Notes under the pieces: model-generated
Database searches by the model: none
What the model saw: the letters and a program-made list of their open reading frames with translations, nothing else
What the model was told of the DNA's origin: nothing
Origin: an uncultured Lachnospiraceae bacterium
GTDB lineage: Bacteria; Bacillota; Clostridia; Lachnospirales; Lachnospiraceae
NCBI GenBank assembly: GCA_947385425.1
Contig: CANDKY010000004.1
Span: 10,527-74,526 of the forward strand
DNA: 64,000 nt
Direction of reading: 5' to 3'
In this document: piece after piece, positions 8,627-17,074 of the stretch
Position numbering within the stretch: position 1 is the first letter of the stretch
Layout: every line of letters begins with the position of its first letter
Translations under genes and position numbers: made by a program

Positions 8627-10588
8627 ATGAAAAATATAAGGAGAATGTCATTTATTTTCACAACCTTTGCAGCGGCAGTTTTTTTACAGCCGCAGGCTGT
8701 CTCGGCACAGTCAATTGAAAATGTCGCAGTGGAGGTAATTGCAGAGGGCGGAGGTACGGACAGCAGCGGAGAAGGGGGCAGCGCGGCGCAGGCAGAAAAC
8801 GGAACCGCCAAAGACAGTAACAGCGCGGGCGATACGGCGGGTAAAGAAGACAACGGCCAGGCTGCCGGCGATGATACCGTTGCAGGCAGCGATATTAACG
8901 GTGATACTTCTGCAGGCGGCAGTGCTGATGCGGATGGTGATGTCATCGCAAACGGTGATGCTGCAGATAGTGACGTTACTGTAAATAGTGATGTTATGGC
9001 AGATGGTGACACCATTGCGAATGGTGACACCATTGCAAATGGTGTTTATATAGGAACCATCGATGTATCCGGCCTGACTGTGGAAAAGGCGATTGAGAAG
9101 GTGGAAGCCCATATAGAGGAGTTGAAAAGCCGCAGCCTGACGCTGAACGCCATCAATGGCAACCAGGTGGTTGTGCCGGTAGGGGATCTGGGATTGATAT
9201 GGGGCAATCCGGAAGCGGCCAAGGATGCCATGGCTCTGGGGAAAAAGGGGAATGTGGTACAGCGTTACAAAGCGCTGCAGGATCTGCAGCGGGAAAATCA
9301 TGTTTTTGAGTTGGATTATGATTTGGATAAGGAGCTTATCCGCCAGGTACTGACCGAGCAGTGCAGCCAGTATAATTCGGAAGCAAAGGACGCGGTGCTG
9401 ACCAAAACGGAATCCGGGTTTTCGGTTACGCCGGGGACGGCCGGATACGTAGTGGATGAGGAAGCTTCCCTGAATGAAATATATGATTATCTGACCGGGG
9501 AATGGGATTTTAATGATGCGCAGTTGGATCTTGCGGCGAAAGTGGAGGAACCGAGGGGCACGGAAGAGGAACTGGCTTTGGTCCGGGATGTGCTGGGGAC
9601 TTTCACTACAAATTTCAGTTCTTCCGGTTCATCGAGGAGTGCCAATGTGACGAATGGATGCAACCTGATTGCCGGGACGACGTTGTATCCGGGGGACGAA
9701 TTTTCAACTTATGAGGCAGTGTCGCCTTTTTCAAAGGAAAACGGATATTTTATGGCCGGTTCATATCTGAACGGTCAGGTAGTGGACAGTCTGGGGGGAG
9801 GTATCTGCCAGGTGTCAACGACACTATATAATGCGGTATTGCGGGCAGAACTGGAAGTTACGGAGCGCCATAACCATTCCATGATTGTAACATATGTGGA
9901 ACCCTCGGCGGATGCGGCAATTGCAGAGTCGGCCGGAAAAGACTTTAAATTTGTAAACAACACGGAGCATCCGGTGTATATTGACGGGTATGTGCAGGGT
10001 AAGGATATCACTTTCACAATATACGGAGTGGAGACAAGGTCTTCCGACCGGAAAGTGGAATATGTGAGCGAAGTGATTTCCGTTATAAAACCGCAAAGCG
10101 ATATCATTTATACAGATGTGGCGATGCCTCTCGGTAAAGTGGTATCCCAGTCGGCGCATATCGGGTATAAGGCGGAACTCTGGAAAGTTGTTTCGGAGAA
10201 GGGTGTGGAAGTCAGCCGTGAGCAGGTGAACAGCAGCAGCTATAAAATGGTCCCGAGGACGGCTACGGTAGGTTTGTCCACCAATGATGTAAACGCCTAT
10301 AATGAGATGCTGGCAGCGGTGGCGACGAACAATATCGATCATGTGAAAAATGTGGCAGCAGGCCTTGCGCAGTTTGCAACCCCGGCTGTACCGGCGGATC
10401 AGCAGCCGGCACAGCCGCAGCCTGGGGAACAGCCGCCGGCACAGCCCGCAGAACAGCCGCCGGCGGAAGCACAGCCTGCAGAGGCACCGGCAGCGCAGCC
10501 GCCGGCAGAACCTCAGCCGGCAGAACAGCCGCAGCCGGAACCTCAGCCGGCGGAGCAGCCACAGCCGGAGGAAGGGTCAGGCGAGTAA
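8627..10588 (+). CDS. Secreted VanW-domain protein with low-complexity N- and C-terminal repeat regions
   Basis: Has a signal peptide and the VanW core 'GGGICQVSTTLYNAVLRAELEVTERHNHS'. The N-region is D/G/A/S-rich and the tail is P/Q/A/E-rich. Confidence 0.9.
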   Translation: MKNIRRMSFIFTTFAAAVFLQPQAVSAQSIENVAVEVIAEGGGTDSSGEGGSAAQAENGTAKDSNSAGDTAGKEDNGQAAGDDTVAGSDINGDTSAGGSADADGDVIANGDAADSDVTVNSDVMADGDTIANGDTIANGVYIGTIDVSGLTVEKAIEKVEAHIEELKSRSLTLNAINGNQVVVPVGDLGLIWGNPEAAKDAMALGKKGNVVQRYKALQDLQRENHVFELDYDLDKELIRQVLTEQCSQYNSEAKDAVLTKTESGFSVTPGTAGYVVDEEASLNEIYDYLTGEWDFNDAQLDLAAKVEEPRGTEEELALVRDVLGTFTTNFSSSGSSRSANVTNGCNLIAGTTLYPGDEFSTYEAVSPFSKENGYFMAGSYLNGQVVDSLGGGICQVSTTLYNAVLRAELEVTERHNHSMIVTYVEPSADAAIAESAGKDFKFVNNTEHPVYIDGYVQGKDITFTIYGVETRSSDRKVEYVSEVISVIKPQSDIIYTDVAMPLGKVVSQSAHIGYKAELWKVVSEKGVEVSREQVNSSSYKMVPRTATVGLSTNDVNAYNEMLAAVATNNIDHVKNVAAGLAQFATPAVPADQQPAQPQPGEQPPAQPAEQPPAEAQPAEAPAAQPPAEPQPAEQPQPEPQPAEQPQPEEGSGE

Positions 10589-10621
10589 ACTTGGTATACA
10601 GGGAGAAGAACCAGAATAAAG

Positions 10622-11653
10622 ATGAGAACGGGTAAATTGACAGAGAATGTATGGAAGCGTTCCGTTATGGGACAGATGCGGACAAAGAGGGAGGAAGTTT
10701 TAAGCGGCACAGGGATAGGGGAGGACTGTGCCATTTTTTCTTTCGGCTCTGACGGACTCTCTGCGGTTTCCGTATATTCTGTGGCGTGGGAGGGTGAAAA
10801 GGCCGTTAAGCATGCCGTATACGGAGCAGTAAACGCAGTGGCAGCTTCCGGTGCGGAACCTGTTGCCATTGTATTTTCCGCGGTGTTCCCGTCAGTGTCG
10901 GAAGAATCTTCCGTTAAGGAAAGGATGGCCGAACTGGAGGATGCCTGCAGGGTATTGCACGTCCAGGCGGCAAAGGAGCAGATCCGGGTTACGGGAGCCG
11001 TGAACTGCCCGGTATTTACCGTGACAGGGTATGGACGTCTGGCTGGATGCGCAGGAACGGAAGAAGGAATAGGGACAGGAATAAAAACAGGATCAAAAAC
11101 TGTGCCTGTGCATAAAATCCTTCCGGGGCAGGATATTGTGGCCAGCAAGTGGGCAGGGTTGGAGGGCACCTCCGTCCTGGCCCGTGCGCGGGAGAGAGAA
11201 TTGTCAGCGAAGTATCCGTTCCGTTTTATAGAAGAGGCAAAAGGGTTTGATCGGTTCCTCTCGGTTGTCCCGGAGGCCGCTACCGCCGTTAAGTCCGGCG
11301 TTTGTGCAATGCACAGTGCGTCAGAGGGCGGTATATTCGGCGCGCTCTGGGAACTGGCGGAGGGGGCAGGCGTTGGACTGGAAATAGATTTGAAAAAGAT
11401 TCCGATAAAGCAGGAAACAATAGAAATCTGTGAATTTTTCGAAATAAATCCTTATTGCCTGACGGCGGGAGGCTGTCTGCTGATGGCGGCGGATAACGGA
11501 TATGATCTGGCTGGGAAACTGGCCAAAGAACATATTCCGGCCGCGGTGATCGGGAAAACAACGGACGGCAATGACCGGATTATCAGGAATGAGGAGGAAC
11601 AGCGTTTTTTGGAACTGCCGAAACCGGATGAACTTTATAAAATTTTAAGTTAG
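10622..11653 (+). CDS. AIR synthase-related (PurM/HypE/ThiL superfamily) protein
   Basis: The two-domain PurM-like layout is recognisable ('GEDCAIF', 'SASEGGIFGALWELAEGAGVGLEIDL'). Confidence 0.7.
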   Translation: MRTGKLTENVWKRSVMGQMRTKREEVLSGTGIGEDCAIFSFGSDGLSAVSVYSVAWEGEKAVKHAVYGAVNAVAASGAEPVAIVFSAVFPSVSEESSVKERMAELEDACRVLHVQAAKEQIRVTGAVNCPVFTVTGYGRLAGCAGTEEGIGTGIKTGSKTVPVHKILPGQDIVASKWAGLEGTSVLARARERELSAKYPFRFIEEAKGFDRFLSVVPEAATAVKSGVCAMHSASEGGIFGALWELAEGAGVGLEIDLKKIPIKQETIEICEFFEINPYCLTAGGCLLMAADNGYDLAGKLAKEHIPAAVIGKTTDGNDRIIRNEEEQRFLELPKPDELYKILS

Positions 11654-11713
11654 AAAACCCTTGTACGGTGTACTGGGACAGATGCAGATTCAGGATGGAG
11701 GAGAAGAGAGGAT

Positions 11714-12196
11714 ATGAGAGAGCAGATTTTATCTATTATAGAGAGGAACAGCCGCATTGACTTAAAGGAATTGGCAGTCATCCTTGGCGTAGAGGAAATT
11801 GATGTTGTGAATGAAATGGCGGCGATGGAGAAGGAAGGTATCATATGCGGTTATCACACAATGATTGACTGGGAGAAGACCGCGATTGAGAAAGTGACAG
11901 CGCTGATTGAAGTGCGTGTGACACCGCAAAGGGGGCAGGGCTTTGACAGTATTGCGGAGAGAATCTATAAATATCCGGAAGTAAACAGTGTTTATCTGAT
12001 TTCAGGCGGTTATGATTTACTGGTTACTCTGGAGGGGAAATCTTTGAAACAGGTATCTGCGTTTGTGTCGGATAAATTGTCCACACTGGATACGGTACTG
12101 AGCACGGCAACACACTTTATTTTGAAAAAATATAAAGACCATGGAACGATACTGGCAAAAAAATACGAAGATGAAAGGGAGAAGATTACGCCATGA
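11714..12196 (+). CDS. Lrp/AsnC-family transcriptional regulator
   Basis: An N-terminal wHTH is followed by an AsnC-type ligand domain ('VNSVYLISGGYDLLVTLEG'). It overlaps the downstream aminotransferase by 4 nt. Confidence 0.88.
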   Translation: MREQILSIIERNSRIDLKELAVILGVEEIDVVNEMAAMEKEGIICGYHTMIDWEKTAIEKVTALIEVRVTPQRGQGFDSIAERIYKYPEVNSVYLISGGYDLLVTLEGKSLKQVSAFVSDKLSTLDTVLSTATHFILKKYKDHGTILAKKYEDEREKITP

Positions 12197-13371
12197 GAAA
12201 CCCATTAGCCGATAAAGTTGTAGATATCAAGCCCTCCGGCATCCGTAAATTTTTTGATATTGTAAGTGAAATGGAGGATGCGATTTCCCTTGGTGTGGGG
12301 GAACCGGATTTTGATACTCCCTGGCATATCCGCGATGAAGGTATTTATTCTCTGGAAAAAGGGCGTACATTTTATACATCCAATGCAGGGCTGAAAGATT
12401 TAAAAATAGAGATATGTAATTACATAAAGAGGACGCAGGGCATAGAGTATGATTATAACCATGAGACAATCGTGACAGTGGGAGGTTCGGAAGCGATTGA
12501 TATTGCGCTACGTGCCATGGCTAATGCGGGGGATGAGGTGCTGCTCCCCCAGCCAAGCTACGTTTCCTATGAGCCTTGTGCCATTTTGGCCAATGCGGTT
12601 CCTGTCATCATAGAACTGAAAGCGGAGAATGAATTCCGTCTTACCGCGCAGGAAATCCTGGATGCGGTAACGGATAAGACGAAGGTTTTGATTCTTCCTT
12701 TCCCAAACAATCCGACAGGGGCGATCATGGAGAGAGAGGATTTGGACGAGATTGCCAAAGTGATTATTGAAAAGGATTTGTTTGTAATCTCCGATGAAAT
12801 ATATGCAGAGCTTACATATGACAAAAAGCATGTATCCATAGCATCCCTGCCCGGGATGAAGGAGCGGACAATATTAATTAACGGCTTTTCCAAAGCTTAT
12901 GCTATGACCGGATGGAGGCTGGGCTATGCATGCGGGCCGGAAATTATCATGGAGCAGATGCTGAAAATCCACCAGTTTGCTATTATGTGCGCGCCTACTA
13001 CCAGCCAGTATGCGGCAGTGGAGGCGCTCAGGAACGGGGATGATGATGTGAGGCAGATGAGGGAAGCCTATAACCAGAGACGGCGTTATCTCCTGCATAC
13101 TTTTAAGGAAATGGGGCTGGAATGTTTTGAACCGTTCGGGGCTTTTTATGTTTTCCCGTGCATTAAGGAGTTTGGTATGACCAGTGAAGAGTTTGCAGAC
13201 CGTTTCCTGCGGGAAGAAAAGGTGGCAGTAGTCCCCGGGACAGCGTTCGGCGGCTGCGGGGAAGGGTTCGTGCGTATTTCTTATGCATATTCTTTGGAAA
13301 ATCTGAAAATAGCGATTGGGAAATTACGGAATTTTGTGGAAAGGCTGCGCCGGGAACAGGCAGAAAAATAA
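12193..13371 (+). CDS. Class I/II PLP-dependent aminotransferase (aspartate/aromatic type)
   Basis: Has the PLP-lysine motif 'NGFSKAYAMTGWRLGY' and 'PNNPTG'. Confidence 0.92.
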   Translation: MRNPLADKVVDIKPSGIRKFFDIVSEMEDAISLGVGEPDFDTPWHIRDEGIYSLEKGRTFYTSNAGLKDLKIEICNYIKRTQGIEYDYNHETIVTVGGSEAIDIALRAMANAGDEVLLPQPSYVSYEPCAILANAVPVIIELKAENEFRLTAQEILDAVTDKTKVLILPFPNNPTGAIMEREDLDEIAKVIIEKDLFVISDEIYAELTYDKKHVSIASLPGMKERTILINGFSKAYAMTGWRLGYACGPEIIMEQMLKIHQFAIMCAPTTSQYAAVEALRNGDDDVRQMREAYNQRRRYLLHTFKEMGLECFEPFGAFYVFPCIKEFGMTSEEFADRFLREEKVAVVPGTAFGGCGEGFVRISYAYSLENLKIAIGKLRNFVERLRREQAEK

Positions 13372-13381
13372 GGGATACCGC

Positions 13382-13408
13382 GCCGGGAACCAATAGCTGG
13401 TTCCCGGC
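13382..13408. terminator. Bidirectional terminator hairpin between convergent genes
   Basis: An 11-bp stem, GCCGGGAACCA-atagc-TGGTTCCCGGC, lies between convergent stop codons. Confidence 0.6.
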
Positions 13409-13414
13409 AGTCCA

Positions 13415-14296
13415 TTATTGTATGAAATATTCTACAGTAATGTTTACTTCAATATCCACTTCGCCGGGCATGATACCGGCAGTATCTTCTTCCATGGCGG
13501 CCTGTTTCATGGCGCCGTAGCCGCGGATTTGGGAAGCCAGGGCATTATCTGTATAGCGTGCTTCGCTGTAATTGCTGTTTTCGCGGATATTAGCGATACC
13601 CCCTATGCTGCATCCGCCGGCTTCTGCCAGAACGGAAGCTTTATTTTTGGCAGATTCTACGGCCAGCCTGAGTGCTTCGGCATAGCCTTCATCATATTTG
13701 CTGGACTGGTAAGTAATGGATTGGATATTGTTAATTCCCGCATTTACGGATTCCGCCAGAATGCTGCCTAAATTATCAATCGGCAGGCTGGAAACGGTGA
13801 GTGTAGTGGTTGCCTCGTATCCGGTAATACGTTGGGTATTGTTGCTGTAATTGTATATCGGATACATATAGTAGTCGGAAGTCTGGACGGAAGATTCGGC
13901 AATGCCCAGGCTCTTTAAGAGGGCAATGACCTGGTTCACATCTTCCGTATTGTTCTGCTGACATGTGGCTGCGTCCTTTGCTTCGGTGCGGACAGCATAG
14001 ACAACTTCGGCAATATCAGGGATGACTGTCACCTTTTCGCTGCTGTTTACAACGATGGTATGCTGGTCATTGCTGACAGGGGTAACAGTGAAAGAGGGGG
14101 CAGCGTCAGGGATTAAGCCGGTATCCTCCGATGCGGCAGCAATGGCTTCGGCGTCCGGCGCTGTTGAAGATGTTGTACTTGCACATCCGGTGAATAACAA
14201 GGCTGTAAACGTTACGGCAGCCGGTATTATATATTTGGCGTTATCCTTTGTTTTTCCTGATTTTTTTCGGGCTGTTAAATTTTTTCCATTTATCAT
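13415..14296 (-). CDS. SIMPL-domain (DUF541) lipoprotein
   Basis: Has the lipobox 'LLFTGCAS' and a SIMPL-like core ('VTVIPDIAEVVYAVRTE...QTSDYYMYPIY'). GGAGG lies 9 nt upstream of the ATG at 14296. The track ORF extends to 14353. Confidence 0.85.
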   Translation of the reverse strand: MINGKNLTARKKSGKTKDNAKYIIPAAVTFTALLFTGCASTTSSTAPDAEAIAAASEDTGLIPDAAPSFTVTPVSNDQHTIVVNSSEKVTVIPDIAEVVYAVRTEAKDAATCQQNNTEDVNQVIALLKSLGIAESSVQTSDYYMYPIYNYSNNTQRITGYEATTTLTVSSLPIDNLGSILAESVNAGINNIQSITYQSSKYDEGYAEALRLAVESAKNKASVLAEAGGCSIGGIANIRENSNYSEARYTDNALASQIRGYGAMKQAAMEEDTAGIMPGEVDIEVNITVEYFIQ

Positions 14297-14444
14297 AATG
14301 CATCCTCCTTGTCGGTTTAAAAAGTCTTTGAAACAGAAATATGATTTGGGCAATGCCTGTTTTCAGTATACAGAGAAAACAGGTGAAAATACAGTGCCTT
14401 GGATATAATTTAAAAGAAAATTAAGATAGGAAGGCATTTCTTAA

Positions 14445-14523
14445 GAAATTCCCATGTCCCGCATATGCGGCATCACATGTGATGAAAATAGGGCAGAGAG
14501 ATTTTTTCATAGTAAATATGGGA
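14445..14523. repeat. Family-3 ~80-nt conserved intergenic element (copy A)
   Basis: About three quarters of positions match 27428-27504 by hand alignment. It contains the palindrome CCGCATATGCGG and the shared 'GTGATGAAA...GGCAG.GAGA.TTTTTT' block. Confidence 0.7.
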
Positions 14524-14622
14524 AGTTAAGGCTTGCCAATATATGCGGCAGGGGTATAAACTATTTGTAGGCATAAAGAAAAGAGTTATGGCGGTTCATA
14601 TAAATTAAGGAGGGGCGAGGGA

Positions 14623-15126
14623 ATGCATATAGTGTTGCATCAGCCTGAAATTCCGGCAAATACAGGAAATATAGGAAGAACCTGCGTTGCCGCAGGCGCA
14701 GTGCTGCATCTGATAGAACCATTGGGGTTCCGGTTAAATGAAAAAGAAATAAAGCGGTCAGGAATGGATTATTGGGAAAAGCTGGATGTCAGAAGATATA
14801 TGAATTTCAAAGAATTTTCCGAAAATAATCCCGGGGCCAGAATATGGATGGCGACAACGAAAGCGGAAAGGGTATATTCTGATGTCCGGTATGAAGAAAA
14901 CGATTATATTATGTTTGGCAAAGAAAGTGCGGGGATACCGGAAGAAATACTGGTGGAACATGAAGAATCCTGCGTCCGCATACCGATGCTGGACGGGACC
15001 CGTTCACTAAATTTGTCAAATGCGGTTGCCATAGTGCTGTATGAAGCGCTGAGGCAGAATAATTTTGGAAAGATGCAGCGTGAAGGAAATCTACACCGTC
15101 TGCACTGGAGAAAGATGCGGAACTAA
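14623..15126 (+). CDS. trmL: tRNA (cytidine/uridine-34 2'-O)-methyltransferase, SpoU/TrmL type
   Basis: 'HIVLHQPEIPANTGNIGRTCVA...LHLIEPLGF' and 'SLNLSNAVAIVLYEALRQ' closely match E. coli TrmL (YibK). Confidence 0.93.
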   Translation: MHIVLHQPEIPANTGNIGRTCVAAGAVLHLIEPLGFRLNEKEIKRSGMDYWEKLDVRRYMNFKEFSENNPGARIWMATTKAERVYSDVRYEENDYIMFGKESAGIPEEILVEHEESCVRIPMLDGTRSLNLSNAVAIVLYEALRQNNFGKMQREGNLHRLHWRKMRN

Positions 15127-15141
15127 AAAAAAGCAGGAACC

Positions 15142-15215
15142 GGAAGAATGCCCGGAAGGATTTCGGGACACGAATGTGTCCGGAAATCCTTCCAGGTGGG
15201 AGGGCATTCGTTCGG
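15142..15215. repeat. Family-1 related nested hairpin
   Basis: The outer arms GGAAGAATGCCC / GGGCATTCGTTC enclose an 18-bp inner stem, GGAAGGATTTCGGGACAC / GTGTCCGGAAATCCTTCC. Confidence 0.7.
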
Positions 15216-15248
15216 TTTCTGCGGAACTGGAATAGGAGGAAATAAGAG

Positions 15249-15548
15249 ATGGATTACGTTTATCAGGCGGAGGGAACGGATGTGATAGTTGAGACAAAGG
15301 GCAAATGTGTTTGCAACAGAGTAGTGGATGAATTGGTTGCGATACGCAAGGAAAGGCATATGACACAGCAGGACATTGCGGACGCGACAGGGATGAAAAG
15401 GGCGAATGTTGCCAGAGTAGAGGGGAAGAAATTTACGCCGACGATCGATGTGCTGATGCGTTATGCAGAATGCCTGGGCCTGGAAGTGGAGATGAAGCTT
15501 GTGGAGCTTGCAGAGAAAGACAAAGAAATGAATACAGAGGAAAATTAG
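15249..15548 (+). CDS. Small XRE-type HTH DNA-binding protein
   Basis: HTH pattern 'HMTQQDIADATGMKRANVARVEGKK...TIDVLMRYAECLGLEV'. The exact start is uncertain. Confidence 0.7.
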   Translation: MDYVYQAEGTDVIVETKGKCVCNRVVDELVAIRKERHMTQQDIADATGMKRANVARVEGKKFTPTIDVLMRYAECLGLEVEMKLVELAEKDKEMNTEEN

Positions 15549-15622
15549 TTTTCTTTTCTCCCTTATAAATTATGTAACGAATTGCTGTTTGCCTGCACTT
15601 ATTTATATAAGGAGGTGAAAAA

Positions 15623-16126
15623 GTGGATAAGCAGAAGGCTGAAAGGATGTATGAGGAGAACGTGAAAGCGGTCTACAAATATCTGTTCTGCTTAACCCAT
15701 AGTGCAGATTTGGCGGAAGAACTGACACAGGAGACTTTTTATCAGGCGATGAAAGGGATTGACAGGTTCCGCGGGGAATGCAAAGTGTCAGCCTGGCTGT
15801 GCCAGATAGGGAAAAGGCTCTGGTACAGGGAGCTGGAAAGGCGCAGACGACAGGAAATACCTTTATCGGAAATAACGGATGAGGCTCCATCCTTTGGACA
15901 TGCAGAGAACGACTATCTGCTGAATGTGGAGAAAGTGGAAGTGTTCCGGATGCTGCATCATTTGGATGAAATGACGAGAGAGGTTATGTATCTGCGGCTG
16001 GCGGGCGAACTCAGTTTTGCGGAAATCGGCAGTATTATGGGCAAAACAGAAAATTGGGCAAGAGTCACTTTTTACAGAGGCAAACAGAAATTGAAGAAAG
16101 GGAGAGAAGAATGGAACAACAGTTAG
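15623..16126 (+). CDS. ECF-type RNA polymerase sigma-70 family factor
   Basis: GTG start with GGAGG 7 nt upstream. Region 2 ('AEELTQETFYQA') and region 4 ('LSFAEIGSIMGKTENWARVTFYRGKQKL') are both present. Confidence 0.9.
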   Translation: MDKQKAERMYEENVKAVYKYLFCLTHSADLAEELTQETFYQAMKGIDRFRGECKVSAWLCQIGKRLWYRELERRRRQEIPLSEITDEAPSFGHAENDYLLNVEKVEVFRMLHHLDEMTREVMYLRLAGELSFAEIGSIMGKTENWARVTFYRGKQKLKKGREEWNNS

Positions 16127-16887
16127 TATGCGATACGGTAAAGGATCTGCTTCCCATGTATATTGACCATATGACCAGCGAGGCATCAAATGTGTCGATT
16201 GAGGAACATATCAGCGGGTGCAGGGATTGCAGGACGGTTTTGGAGCAAATGAGGGAGCCGGTAGCAGTGGAATCGGCGCCGGAACTGAAGGAGTTTAAGA
16301 AATTCCTTAAAAAATCTAAAATGAGCCTGTTTTACTGGATTATGGGGGCGGCGGCTGTCATTGCCGTTGTGACGTGCTTTATTGTCAATCTGGCCATAGA
16401 AGGCAGGCTGTCCTGGTTTTATATCGTTGCTGCAGGCATTGGTACAGGATATCTTCCGGCATATATAGCAATCAGATGTGAGGAGCACAGGATTGTAAAG
16501 ATGCTGGCAGCTTTGAACGTATGTGTATTTTTCCTGTTAGGGGTAATACAGATTGTGGTGTATTACCAGATGGGGATCGGAGGGAAATGGTTCTGGAGGA
16601 CAGGAGTACCGATTGCTGTCCTATGGTCGGTTATTGTATGGCTGTCTGTCCTGGTGCGGGTAAAGTTCCGTACGATGGTATTGACAGCGGTCACGGTCCT
16701 TATTTGCCTGGCTGTTCCGGGGAATTTCCTAACCAATATGATATGCGGTTATTATAGAGGCTGGGAAGACTATGCGGCGGATTTTGTGTCTAACGGGCTT
16801 GGAAATACGGCGGCGGCAGTGTTGCTTATTATTATGGATATTATGATATATATTGGAAGAAAGGGGCGGGGCGGACATGGAAAATAA
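16111..16887 (+). CDS. Membrane anti-sigma factor with zf-HC2 motif
   Basis: Has the 'H-x3-C-x2-C' motif (HISGCRDC) followed by multiple TM helices. It overlaps the sigma gene stop. The track ORF begins at 16054. Confidence 0.8.
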   Translation: MEQQLVCDTVKDLLPMYIDHMTSEASNVSIEEHISGCRDCRTVLEQMREPVAVESAPELKEFKKFLKKSKMSLFYWIMGAAAVIAVVTCFIVNLAIEGRLSWFYIVAAGIGTGYLPAYIAIRCEEHRIVKMLAALNVCVFFLLGVIQIVVYYQMGIGGKWFWRTGVPIAVLWSVIVWLSVLVRVKFRTMVLTAVTVLICLAVPGNFLTNMICGYYRGWEDYAADFVSNGLGNTAAAVLLIIMDIMIYIGRKGRGGHGK

Positions 16888-17062
16888 TTATTTCAATGAG
16901 GCCTTATCCAGTTTCACAAAAGATTTTGCCTATGGCGGAGCGATCCGCCATTTGGTGGATAAGGGGTATACGGCGGAACGGATTATAAAGGAATTCCATT
17001 ATCCGCTGTCAAGGGAAAGCATAGAGAAGATGGTGGCGGATTATCAGAAGCCAAAGGAGTGA
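16877..17062 (+). CDS. Small hypothetical protein (61 aa) coupled to the anti-sigma gene
   Basis: The ATG at 16877 overlaps the anti-sigma stop. The peptide 'MENNYFNEALSSFTKDFAYGGAIRHLVDKGYTAERIIKEF' belongs to no family I recognise. Confidence 0.45.
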   Translation: MENNYFNEALSSFTKDFAYGGAIRHLVDKGYTAERIIKEFHYPLSRESIEKMVADYQKPKE

Positions 17063-17074
17063 GGATGACCGTAT

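Noticed and set aside
8599-10619. Multiple ORFs on both strands within the VanW gene (for example 8599..9033, 8711..9301, 10263..10562 and 10350..10619).
   Set aside because: They are produced by the tandem-repeat, low-complexity DNA, which stays open in several frames. The VanW frame has a signal peptide and a conserved domain.
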